Positions 1-11,900 of a stretch of DNA of 35,251 nucleotides are shown here, piece by piece. Position 1 is the first letter of the stretch; every line of letters begins with the position of its first letter. Location of the stretch: positions 137,719-172,969 of the IMG/VR virus record IMGVR_UViG_2757320370_000007. The stretch is one strand, 5' to 3'. Under the pieces are notes generated by a model. It saw only the letters and a list, made by a program, of their open reading frames with translations. It ran no database searches and was not told where the DNA came from. Position numbers and translations under genes: made by a program. This DNA is from a virus.

Positions 1-1
1 C

Positions 2-235
2 ATTATTGAGAATGATAAGTGGATTTTTGAAAATAACGATGAACGACTTAAAGAAATTCAAGACCTGAGTTTCGAAGAAATTTACATCGAGCAAAATGAA
101 GAAAATAAAAAGATGCTTCTCTCAGTTAAAGAATCGGTATTGAACCGTGGTCCTTCTGAATTAGAAGGTAAAGATGCAGACGTTTACGATTGTTTGGCTG
201 AAATTGTAGAACAAATTACATATGAAGACCAGTAA
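2..235 (+). CDS. 3' end of a phage hypothetical protein, DUF1617-like (truncated at window edge)
   Basis: Open frame IIENDKWIFENNDERLKEIQDLSFEEIYIEQNEENKKMLLSVKESVLNRGPSELEGKDADVYDCLAEIVEQITYEDQ*, stop TAA 233-235, followed by a terminator. Family call is from recall of the motif. Confidence 0.65.
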   Translation: MIENDKWIFENNDERLKEIQDLSFEEIYIEQNEENKKMLLSVKESVLNRGPSELEGKDADVYDCLAEIVEQITYEDQ

Positions 236-262
236 GAAGAGATTTTAAATCTCTTCTTTTTT
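234..262 (+). terminator. Rho-independent terminator
   Basis: AAGAAGAGATT-ttaa-AATCTCTTCTT type hairpin followed by a T run, directly at the stop codon. Confidence 0.75.
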
Positions 263-302
263 ATATTTCACTTAAATATCAAAAGGAAGTGGTTTAAACA
301 TA

Positions 303-3300
303 ATGGCAAACCCATTGGCAATACTCATATCGGCTAAGCTAAATTCAGGTCTCGCACTGAAAGACCTTAACGCTTCAATTAGGGCATTAAGCAAGCATCC
401 TTCCCTCCAAAAAATTGATTTAAAACTTAATATAGATAAGTCATTTATAAATAACATCCAATCATTGTCAAAGAATCTTAATACTATTACCTCTCAGCTT
501 CAACAACAAAGTACGGCCAATAATGCTGTTAATAATAGCTCAAAGAACACTACTCAGAGCATCCAAGATCAAACAAAAGCCACAAATGAAGCTATTAAGG
601 CAGAACAAAAGTGGCAAATTGAACGCGAAAAAACCAACAGTAAGGGCATTCGTACCGTTACATCAGGGAATAACGTTGATAATTCTAAGCAAACTGTTAC
701 CTATTTACCAGATAATTCTATTAAGAATATTGATAATATCACAAATCAACTAAAGGACTATAAAGCACTTGAGGCATTGGATAGAGATCATTACAACGCA
801 CTCAAAACGAATCAATCTAGAATTGAAGCTATGGATAAACTTCATTATCTAGCACTTCAAAAGAATCGCGACCTAGATTGGAAGAATCTCCAGGCATCAA
901 ATAAACAAGCAGAAGCAACAGATAAGGCTCACTATCAAGCAATCAAAATGAACAATGATATGATTGCCAAGAATCAAAAACAAACTCAGTCATTAATCAA
1001 TTCCGCTTTCTCTGGTAAACAAAATACAAATAGCGCCTCTAGTGGCGTTGCTGAAGCCAAGGCTCTCGATATTCTCAATAGACAATACGATAAAGTATTG
1101 AGCAATCTTAATGCTGCTAAGAATAGTGGCAAGCAATTAACTGATAGTGAATTGACTGGGATTAATCGAAGAATAGAAGCTTTGAATAATTTAGCTTCGA
1201 GACAAAAAACAGTTGAAAAAGATCGTGCTACCCTCTCCTCTACTCAATTACGTACAGAGACCCAGATTAACAATCTGCTTTCGGGTAGGCATAAGGACAA
1301 GGTTGATTCAAGCCAATTGACAAGTTTGTTGGCGCAATTAAAAAGCTTAGACACTCAAACAGCCAATTTCAAGACTAAGTCAAAAGAAATTACCGATCAG
1401 ATTAATCGTATTGGTGCAGAGGCTAGAAATGCGTCTCCTAATGTCCAAGGACTAGGAAATATATTAAAAACGACCTTTAGCAGCATGCTTATGTATGCTG
1501 GTGTGGGTAGTTTGTTCTATGGTTCTATTAATGCTTTAAAACAGATGACGCAAACAATTATTGAAGTCGATTCGCAATTGACACAACTTAAGCGTGTTAT
1601 GGATGAAGATACTGACTTCGATAGCATGTTGACAAAAAATATAGGACTAGCTAATGAGTTAGGTAGAAGTATTAAAGAGGTAAACGAAAATGCGATTGGC
1701 TTTGCCAGAATGGGTTTTGATGAAAATCAAACTGTTGAGCTTGCTAAGACTGCAACTCTATTTCAAAACATATCTGATTTAACACCAACCGAGGCTGTTG
1801 ATACGCTAACGGCATCAATGACCGTATTTGGTGTTGAGGCTGGTAAAAGTATCGAAGTAGCGAATAAAATTAACGAAGTAGATAACAATTTCGCAGTAAG
1901 TTCGCAAGGTCTTGCATTGAGTATAAATAAATCTGCTTCAGCCGGAAAGACCTTTGGTGTTACTATCGATAAATTAATCGGAGACACAACAGCCATTACA
2001 ACAGCAACTAGAGAATCAGGAGCAGTGGTCGGTAAACTTGTTGCCGCTTAATCAAGTGATTGATTAATGAAAACTTTGCTATATCGGTGGAAGCGTTGGG
2101 GAACGTAATACCGAGGGAAGATATATTGTTATTAATATACGTTTTATAGATTGGACACTACTTAGATAGGAGATTAAATTGAAAATCACAGAACAAAAAA
2201 TATTGGTTAATTGGCATGGTAATACTAAACAACACTATGAAGAACTTGGGTATAAATTCACTAAATATGGGGATGTATTTGAGGCAAGTTTTATTGAGGT
2301 TCCCAAAAGTTCTAAGATCAAAGCAGATGTTAAATGTGATGTTTGTAGAAAAATTTATAAACTTCAAATTCATCAAATTAATAGAGCAGAGAATCATATA
2401 TGCTCTCAAGAATGTAAATATTTATTTGGTAAAACACTACTACATAGGTGCGGAATTTGTGATAAATCGTTTTACAGAAATAAAACTCAATGTGATAAAA
2501 GCGAAAGTGGTCTCTATTTCTGTTCAAATAAATGCGTTGGAGAATATAACAAAAGACAGAGGACACAGAACATCACTAAAAATTGTCTAATATGTAATAG
2601 TGAATTCAAAGTAAAAGCTAGTACATATGATAATCAGATCACTTGTTCAAGAAAATGTCAAGGTTTATGGCAGTCAAGAGAACGGATAGGTGAAAAATCA
2701 AGCAATTTTAGAGGCGGAAAAATCGAAAAGGAATGTTTTGAATGCAAAGATAAGTATTTCACTACCCGTCATGCATCGAAAACTAGCAAATTTTGTTCTC
2801 AGTTCTGCAAACAAAGATATTGGGCTAAAAACATTATAGTGAAAGAATCATTTAAAATTGCCAAATATAAAGGAAATGAAAAATACAGAATGACAAAAGG
2901 TGAAACTCTTCCTGAAAAAATGGTTAAAGAGTGGCTATTAAAAAACAATATTCCTTTTCTTCAGGAGCAGGGATTTTTCCATAAATACTACGCTGATTTC
3001 TATCTACCAAATACCAATATTATTGTTGAAGTTTTTGGAGACTATTGGCATACTAATCCAGATATATACGGAGATAATTTAATACAACCAAATGAGCATC
3101 AAATTGCTCAAGTAGAAAAAGATAGGATAAGAATTGAGACATTTAATAAATATGGATTCAAGGTCATAGTTCTTTGGGAACATGAAATTTATGAAAATAT
3201 TGAGAGTCTATTAAAAAGCAAAATAATAACAATATATCCCCGTAACGACTACACGCAGAGCATCTAGTATTTCTAGATGAAGATATAGTCTGATCTTGTG

Positions 3301-6300
3301 CCATAACCCAGATACAAAAAAGCACAGAGAGGCGGTCAAGTGTAAAGACACTTTAAAGGAGTACCGCCTCCGCTATACTTCTATTTGTAAGTATAGTCAG
3401 TAGGATCTGTCAATAAAGATCTGAAAGTAACAGGATGAACGCACTGAAAACAATCTATTCTCGCTTAACAACAATGAGTAAATCAGAATCAACCCTCGCA
3501 GCCGTTGGTATTAAAATGAGAGAACTGAATGGAGAAGTTAAAGATGCTCCGGTTATTCTCGATGAATTGGCCTCTAAGTGGGGAAGTCTATCTAAGGAAC
3601 AACAACAAAATACTGCTGTAAATTTGGCTGGCCGATTTCAGCTCTCCAGGTTCCTCGCGCTCATGCAGAATTACCAGATATCGGTAAATGCGACAGAAAC
3701 AGCTTTACATTCACAAGGGTCTGCCGTATCTGAAAACGAAAAATATATGCAATCACTTGAAGCCAGAATTCAAAAGATGAAAACAGCTTGGGATACACTT
3801 GCACTGGCTATGGGAAATGCAATTATTTCGGACTCGGTTGTGGTTATAACATCACTATTAACAAGCTTGGGGAATGTTCTCGCATCCACAGTGGAACACT
3901 TTGGTCTCCTCCCTGTCTTATTCGGTGTTTCTTATGCTGGATTAATGTTATTAAGCACTGGTTTTAGGATTTTTATAGTTAACATTACAACCACAATTGC
4001 CAGTCTTTTTGGTATGACTGCTGCTGCAAGTGGCGCAAGAATGGGACTAATGGGATTGTCTGCTTCCGCAAAACTTGCCGGAATAAGTTTAAAGAGTATG
4101 TTGATTAGTACTGGTGTTGGGGCAGCTCTTGTTGGTCTGGGTTGGATACTTGAGAAAGTTATAGGACATTTCGCGAAAACATCCGAAGTTGTTGATGAAG
4201 CAGGATCAAGTCTTGATCAACTTAAAGAGAAAACAGGAAATCTAAAAGAGCTTCAAGATTTGTCCAATGAATACAATGAATTAGCAAATAAAACGAATCT
4301 AACCACGCAAGAAAAAATTAGACTTGCTGGCGTTGAATCCGATCTAGCATCAAAACACGGCGTAACAATGAAAACTGTCGAGGATCAGACTGATGCTGTA
4401 CAGGCCAACACTGCCGCCATAGGCGATAGAATCGACAAATTAAAAGAAGAAGCAGCGATTGAGCAACAAAGAGCATTGGATGAGTACAAGGCCAATAAGA
4501 CACAGATAAATTCTGACATTCAAACTCAAGAATCAGCAAGAAAAACGGCTCAAGCAAAACTTGATGAATTAATAAAACAGCAGAAGTACATTGAAGACAG
4601 TGTTGCAAATAAAACCGTAATTAAAAACGACGCAGGGCAACTACCTTACACTCAGAACGCACTCCTTGAAATCGACCCCAATGACGCTAAAAACACAAAA
4701 AGAGCCATTGCGGATCTCAGTGAAGATATTGCTCAAGCAATTATCGATGCCAGAAAAACTTTAGAAACTGCTGGAACCGAACTTGACAAAGTAGTAAGTA
4801 AAAGAGAACAAGCATTTAAGGCCCAATTCTCTGCCTACGCCGACACCATCGAGGCTGGTGGTACTGAGGTTAAAGCGTCTACAAGAGTTCTTGCCGATGG
4901 GTTTGCGTCTATCGTTGCTACAGCAAAAACAGACGATCTAGAAGTATTAAATAAGTTTAAAACTGAATTGTTCAATACATTCCAAAAGACAGATGTAAAT
5001 TCGATGGATGATGCTGTTGCATCCCTTGAAAAAGTGGCTGGTGCTGCCGGACTAACAAAAGATCAATACAACATTCTCCAAGTTGCAATTAGTCAACTCA
5101 ATTTTCAAGGTGTAAATGATGGCGTCGAAGGAGTCGGTGACACCGCCGAAGATTCAAAAGACGAAATTATTTCTCTGACGGATGCTATGAAGGCACTGGA
5201 TGACACCATGAATGGAACGTCAGATGAGATGACTGCATTTGTAAAGTCTATCTCCGATTCATCTGATGAAATTGAACTTTTAACATCTGCTCAGAATGAA
5301 TTGAAAAAATCTAACAATCTTTCTACTTCTACTATTACCAAAATGAATGAAAAATACGGAGACTTTATAAAGGTTACTGGACTTAGTAAAGATAAGGTAT
5401 TAGAGTTCATTAAGTCTAAGAAGGATGAGAAAATAGCTGTTGTTAATGCTGAAATAGCTATGACAAAACAGGCTATTGATGGTGCTAAAAAACGGATTGA
5501 AGCAATGGAAATTGAAGTTGCTGCAATCAATAAAAAACGAAAAGCACTAGCTCAAGAAAGAATTGATTCTTTAAACGCCGGAGTTTCAGATGGAACCATT
5601 AGCGAATCGTTAGCTGAAAAACAGGTTGCTGCTATTTTGAGAAATGGTGATGATACCGTTCTCGATCTGTCTATTGAAAAGTCCGGTCTTGATGCATTGT
5701 CTGCAAAACTTAGCATCCTCAACTCTGTAAAAGAAGACTTTGTTACTGTAGCAAATAAAACAGAAAAATCAACAAAAGATTCCACCAAAGCCAATAACAC
5801 AAACTACGACTCAGTATCCAATACCGTAGAAATCCTCACTGATCTTCAGAAAGAACTCCTCGCTGTTGATGTTGCACAAAAGAAGCTCCAGAACTCTCAG
5901 GATAAACTCAAGGATGGCTCTAAGGAACGTCAGGAATCCATCAGCAAAGAGATATCCTTACTCAAGGAACAGAAGCGACTCTATGAAGAGGGTATTAAAG
6001 ATCCATCAAAGTTAGTTTCCACTAAAGTTACGACCACGGTTAAAACTAAAGCATCTGATTCCGACTCTACCGCCTCCACTAGCGCCATTGCTAATATGGT
6101 TGATGCTGCACGTAGCCTCCAAGGTAATTTCACCTACGGGCAAGTCGGGGGTAAGTTTAAGGGTACTTACGATCAATTTGTCGATGGAGCAGTATCGGAT
6201 TGCTCTCAGTTTATCCAAGAAATGTTTGATGAATTTCTTGATGTAAAAGTACCCCGCACAGCAGCAGAACAAGCCAAACAGGGTGTTGCTGTTTCTAAGG

Positions 6301-8936
6301 CGGATCTAAAGGCTGGGGATCTGGTATTCTTTAATACTACCGGGAAGGCAAATTCCCACGTTGGTATGTATACCGGAAACGGCAAGTTTATTCAAATGGG
6401 GAACAAGGGGCTTAGTGAGCAAGATTTAAATAGCAAGACATGGACACAGAAGTATAAATACGAAGGTGCTAGACGCGTTGCTTCTGATTCATCTTATACC
6501 CCTCTCTCCTCTTCCTCCGATGGTAAGTCTACGTCTAAAGTTGGTGGAAAAACTGTTAAAACTGACAACGCTACGGCAAAGGAAAAAGCTGATGCAAAAA
6601 CAGAGGCAGAAGACAAACTTGTTGCTCTAGATTCTCAGATCCACACTGCTTATATTAAGAGTCTGGATAACACTAAAACAGGGTTTGAACAGTTAATTGC
6701 CGACCAAGAGAGCGCAATTGAAGCATCTAAGAAAAAACAAGATACTCTTGATCCCAACTCTGCTGAATGGCGCAATGAGAACAATAAACAAATTAATTCT
6801 CAGAGCAAAATCCAATCGATCAAAAGTGATGAGAAGAATCAGCTCCAATACATGATGGATGCTTTAGGCGTTCAATTTGCTGATTATGACGCTTATTTAA
6901 AGAAATTGTCTTCAGATTGGTTGGATGTTCAGGCTGAAAAACTGTTTAAGGTGTATGCAAACATCACCTCTTCCATTGACTCATCGAAGCAACGCATTTC
7001 TGATCTTGGAAATGTAATTGATAGCTCCAAGAATAAGATGTCTCAGCTTGAAGAAGGATCATCTGACTATAACAAAGAACTGAATATTCAAATTGCCACT
7101 ACTAAGAAGCAAAAAACTGTTAATGATGAGTTGATTGTAAGTACGGAAAAACAACTAACAAATCAGAAGTTGAATGCTAAACAGAAATCCGACTTGAATA
7201 AAATACTAGATGAAGCCAAATTAGAAGATTATACTGCGAAGATTAAGGATTTAAACGCAGAGTTAATCAACTCTAAGTCTTATCCTCTAGAGAATGAATT
7301 GTCTGAATTGAATCATCAATTGGATCTCTCAGAAGCAAAGATGAAGGGTTATGTAGAAGGATCGGAAGAGTATAATCAAGCAATTAAAGATCAGGTTTCT
7401 ATTCTTAGTGATAAGATTTCGGTTACCAAAAAACTTATCGACTATGAGGAAACCCAGTCGAGAAATGAAGAATTAACAGCATCGGCTAGAGAAGAACATA
7501 GAAACAAACTTAGAGAATATACTCTGAGTCTTTATGAATACTCGGATGCGGTTAAATCACTTCGAGAAGATTATGCTGATAAAATAATTGAGAATTATAA
7601 AAAGTTACTTCAAGAACAGCAAAAAATCCAGAAAGATGCATATGAAAAAGAAAAAGAATTAGAAAATGAACGCCACGAAACCAGAATTAATAATCTAGAG
7701 TCTGAGTATCAGGCGTTCGAGAATAATATTAATGCTCAGTCTAAAAGTTTAGATCGAGAAGTTTCTGAAGATGATTATAAGAAACAATTAGCTATACTAC
7801 AAAAAGAAAAGGCAGAACTTGATGCTAAGTTTAGTAGTAAGCTATTAGATGATTCCCTTGAAGCCAAAGCACAGCGCGTCGACATCCAAAAAGAGATTGA
7901 TGCCAAAGCAGAAGAAATCACAAAACTCCAACGCGATAGAGAAATAACTATTCGCAAGGATGGTTTGTCAGATCAACTTGAGGATCGTAAGAATGCTGTT
8001 GATAAAGAGAAAAAGCTTGAAGATGATAAGAATAAATCGTTCATCAGGAATATTGATAGTCTCATAAAGATTAATGACGATTATTATAATGGCCTACTCA
8101 ATGACGAACAGTATTTTTATAATATGAAGCAATCCCTAATGAGTGGCGACACCGTTAGAATACAGAATGAGTTAGGCATTGTTCAGGCTGCTTATACAAA
8201 TTTTTATCAGGAGTTAGAAAAAAACTCTAAATTATACGCTGATAAGATTTCTTCTAATCTTAAATATGCGATGAGTGTTGATGAAAAATATGCTCAAAAC
8301 TATCCCCTAGCAGACAAAAGCAACAATGATACGGGTACTGGATCAGGCATTGAATCGGGCAATGGGAATACCAACCCTGTAACTGGCGGCAGATCAGAAA
8401 AACAGACCGCTTGGGATAGTTATCTCTCTAACAAACAAAAAGCAGAACAGCTTAAGGCTGATATGCGTACTTTAATAAAAAATTCTGCTGATTATAAAAA
8501 TAAACAGGCTCAATTTGAATCATTAAATAGCACAAATGTCGGATATCGTACTAAATATGGGTTCCCTGATGGCTCATACGAGGAATTAAAGAATAAGGTG
8601 TTTTCTGCAAAAATGGGCGGTATGACCCCCGCTGGTATGCCAGATGAAGGTCAATTCCTACTCGCGCATGAAAAAGAGCTTGTATTGGATAAATTCGATA
8701 CCTCTAAATTATTAAAGATAATTAATATTTCGAGAGATGTTTTCAGTAGTTTGGGTAACAATATTGCCAATATTCTTCCGCAGGGTATATTCAACAATAA
8801 CGTCAAAACACCACAAGCAATTGACAATAGTTTAAGCATTCGTATTGACAATATTAAGGGAGACAAGGAAGGAGCCAAGATCGTCACCGACAGCATTGAG
8901 GAACTGTGGAATAAAAAAACAAAACAAGGATGGTAA
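303..8936 (+). CDS. Tail tape measure protein (SPbeta YomI/CwlP-like), join(303..2033,3438..8936), 2409 aa after splicing, with internal NlpC/P60 peptidoglycan peptidase
   Basis: TP901-type core (IIEVDSQLTQLKRVM...NKINEVDNNFAVS...ATRESGAVVG) continues in frame as NALKTIYSRL once the intron is removed. Hydrophobic segments, long coiled coils, C-terminal LAHEKELVL motif. Confidence 0.93.
2034..3437 (+). mobile_element. Group I intron (1404 nt) in the TMP gene, with homing endonuclease ORF in P6
   Basis: Exon ends in U (GGT, 2033); intron ends in G (3437). P1 CGGU/GCCG with U.G at 2043. P10 UGUU/AACG. P2 TTAATCAA-gtga-TTGATTAA. P3 CTTTGC/GCAGAG. P4 TCGGT/ACCGA. P6a GATATATTGTTATT/AATAACAATATATC. 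P7 AcGACTA/TAGTCT with J8/7 GAAGATA. P8 CATCTAG/CTAGATG. P9 hairpins at 3293-3430. Confidence 0.95.
2179..3267 (+). CDS. Intron-encoded homing endonuclease: CxxC...CSxxC zinc-finger repeats plus C-terminal Vsr/DUF559-like (EDxHD-type) nuclease
   Basis: AGGAG RBS and TTG start; four CxxC-(n)-CSxxC units; TLPEKMV...YADFYLP...VEVFGDYWH...EKD...IVLWEHEI nuclease signature; lies inside the P6 loop. Confidence 0.85.
   Translation: MKITEQKILVNWHGNTKQHYEELGYKFTKYGDVFEASFIEVPKSSKIKADVKCDVCRKIYKLQIHQINRAENHICSQECKYLFGKTLLHRCGICDKSFYRNKTQCDKSESGLYFCSNKCVGEYNKRQRTQNITKNCLICNSEFKVKASTYDNQITCSRKCQGLWQSRERIGEKSSNFRGGKIEKECFECKDKYFTTRHASKTSKFCSQFCKQRYWAKNIIVKESFKIAKYKGNEKYRMTKGETLPEKMVKEWLLKNNIPFLQEQGFFHKYYADFYLPNTNIIVEVFGDYWHTNPDIYGDNLIQPNEHQIAQVEKDRIRIETFNKYGFKVIVLWEHEIYENIESLLKSKIITIYPRNDYTQSI
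6084..6479 (+). other. NlpC/P60 cysteine peptidase domain within the TMP
   Basis: DCSQF...PRTAAEQ...LKAGDLVFF...HVGMYTGNGKFI...ARRV, flanked by Ser/Thr/Lys-rich linkers. Confidence 0.9.
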
Positions 8937-8942
8937 AACATT

Positions 8943-8971
8943 GGGGCTGGTTATTTAAAACAGCCCTCTTT
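8943..8971 (+). terminator. Weak terminator-like hairpin after TMP
   Basis: GGGCTG...CAGCCC followed by TCTTT. Confidence 0.4.
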
Positions 8972-8987
8972 AATATGGAGGAGTTTT

Positions 8988-11900
8988 ATGCTAGGAGATA
9001 TAGATTATTTCAAAAAGCCGTATAAGCCCAATTACTTTCTAGCTAAACCAAATAAAGAAATTATCAGCAAATTGAGTGAGGCATACGGGGACAATTTAAA
9101 GACACCAGTAAATGAAACGAATGAGCTTTCATTAAATATCCCCTACTACATTGATGATAATCATGCTCTACGTAAAAATAAAAATATTGATTTAGTTAAA
9201 GAAAACTATCTTATTAAGATGGTCTTTGGTAAAAGTATTAACTGGTACATGATAACTGCAATTAATGAAGTTATGACTGATACGTCCGACTACAAACAAA
9301 TTACAGCACTAAGTTTGGAATTTGAGTTAGCAAAGCGAATTCTTAAAGGATATAAAGCAGAATCAAAAGGTGCTAGAACCGTACTAAATGAAATCCTAGA
9401 TAAAACGGTTTGGGAAATTGGTGATGTAGATGTAGACTTTGAACTATCTAAAAGAAGTTTTGAATTCTTAGATAATAAAATTCTTGGTGCAATCTATGAT
9501 GTTGGGAATACCTACAATGCGGTAACTATATTCAATACCGAGAATAAAACAGTAAATATGAAAAAGCCCGAAGTATTTGGGTTGGATACTGGGCTAACTT
9601 TTTCATATGAAAGTTTTCTTAAGAGTTTTGATAAGAAGTCTGACGCTAACGAGGTTGTTACTAGACTTTATCTCAAAGGAAAAGATGGGTTGACTATCAA
9701 CTCTATCTCCCCTACTGGACAAAGTTATCTGGAAGATTATTCGTATTTTATGTATCCATTCAGCAGGGATGTAAACAAAAATGTAATTGAGCATAGTTAT
9801 CAAATGTCAGATTCTTTATGTCACGCAATTTTAGATTATCAAGAACTAGTTGAACAGAATAAGAATCAATTCCAATTATTAAAAACCCAAAGAGATAATT
9901 ATAGTGTAGTAATCTCAACCAAAGAAAGTGAATTAACAGACAGGCAGAATGAACTTAAAGCGATACTAACGATTGTAGATAATTATCAACTGGGAAATAA
10001 CAATTCTCCCACTATGTTTTTTGAATCTATGAATCATAATGGTACACCAAGTACTATTGATTTCACATCTCTTCAAACCATGTATAAGTACGGTGTTATG
10101 GTGAAAGTTTCAAATGCTCAAAACGTACAAGTCTCATTGAATGGTAACTTAAAAACGGCTACATCTAACAAGTGGACCCTCTTAGGTAAAATTAAGGACT
10201 TAACTACTTCAAGTGTTCTTATAACAGGCAGCGGTTCATCGGTAATTGATATCCAACTCACAGCTATTAATGATAATGAGTTTGACGCACCCAATAATGA
10301 CGACGTGATTATCAATCGCTACTCTCCCAGTAACAAACAAATGCAGATTGATTCGAAAAAAGCGGAGATCGGAGAACAAAAGAGTTATCTTACTACAATC
10401 ATGACTCAGATAACACAGTTACAAAGTCTATTATCAAGTGGTAAAAACTTTACTCCCGATCAATTAATCGAGTTACAATCCTTTGTAAAAGAAGATACAT
10501 ATAGCAACGATAGCTGTATTGATCCTAAAGATTTGCTGACAGAGGGACAAAAGCATTTTGATGAAGTTAAAGTGCCTCAATTGACCATGAATATTGATAT
10601 TATTAATTTTTTGTCAGTAATCGAGGAACAGTCAAAGTGGGACAAACTTGTATTGGGCGACTATATTACTGTTAGATACGAACGAATGGGCGTCAGAGTC
10701 AAAGCAAAGATAATTGAAATAAATTATGATTTTGAAGGCGAAAGCATCTCTTTAACAATTGCCAATGTTAGAAATGATGGCTCTACTGTATCAAAGATGA
10801 ATGATTATTTGAAGAAGAATGCAAACTATTCAACTACTATAGATGCTAATAAAAAAGATTGGTTAAAAGCAGTCGTTGATGTTTCAGATATGAGTTTATT
10901 GTTCGACCAGTTTTGGGACAAAGTTACGAATCAGATTAATATGAGTATTAACAATACAACTACCATTGATAATCGTGGAATAACTGTTGTTGACCCAAAT
11001 GACCCATTGAGATTTATCAGGATGACATCAGGAGCCATTGGCCTCACAAAATCAGGTGGACAGCGATGGGAAACTGCGCTCACCGCAGATGGGATAATTG
11101 CAGAGACGTTATATGGAAAAATTATCCTTTCACAGCGAGTCATTGTTGGTGACGCAGCAGGGATATGGCTAATGGAAGGCCCAAGAACTACTATTAAAGA
11201 TCGTTATGGTCGAATTGCAATGCAACTAGGTTTGTATGAAGAGAATCCTGACAAGTTTGGGATGATAATTAATCGTTATAATAGTAATGATATTAACTCT
11301 ACCCTTATAAACAAGGTCATTGCTGACAGTGATGATGGATTTAAGATTCAACGGTATAATGGTCATTCATTTGTGGACGTATTCAATGTCGATATTAATG
11401 GCTTCCTGTATAGCGAAGATATGACAACAAAACGCCTGAAAATTTTATCTGATCAAAATGAATTGCTTTTAGATAGCTATACTAAGCAGATGAATATTGG
11501 AAAGTTTACTGAAATAATTACCGATGGTAAGTTAACAGGGATTGAAAAGCTTCAGGTATTAGGTGAAAGAACCAGAATAATATCTGAATACGCTAAGTTG
11601 TTTGATCAAGCCAATATCTATAAGATCACAAGCAGAGATGCACTGATTATGATTGATATCCCCCCTTTTACTCTTGCCTACAATAATCTGATTGCCTACC
11701 TCTCTCCTCTTCTCGCTGACAACAACATGACTACAACATCTGATATTGATCGTGATGAGTTCATTTTGAAATTTAAAGTATACTATGATCAAGTTGTTGC
11801 TATTGTTCAGGCGATTAATGATTCTATTAAATATAGTAGTTTGCAATTGGGTTCGCTATATAACAACGTTTTGCTCGATGCCTTGGATGGTATAACTGTT

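Noticed and set aside
1-302. Tail assembly chaperone with programmed frameshift upstream of the TMP
   Set aside because: The visible fragment ends in a clean stop plus terminator and resembles DUF1617 rather than a chaperone; any chaperone would lie outside the window.
303-2051. Truncated TMP pseudogene caused by an IS-like insertion
   Set aside because: No transposase, terminal inverted repeats or target duplication; the insert has a full group I core and precise in-frame splice sites.
3435-8936. Independent 1833-aa gene starting at ATG 3435
   Set aside because: The ATG is the intron's last three bases, has no properly spaced RBS, and starts in the middle of the conserved TMP motif.
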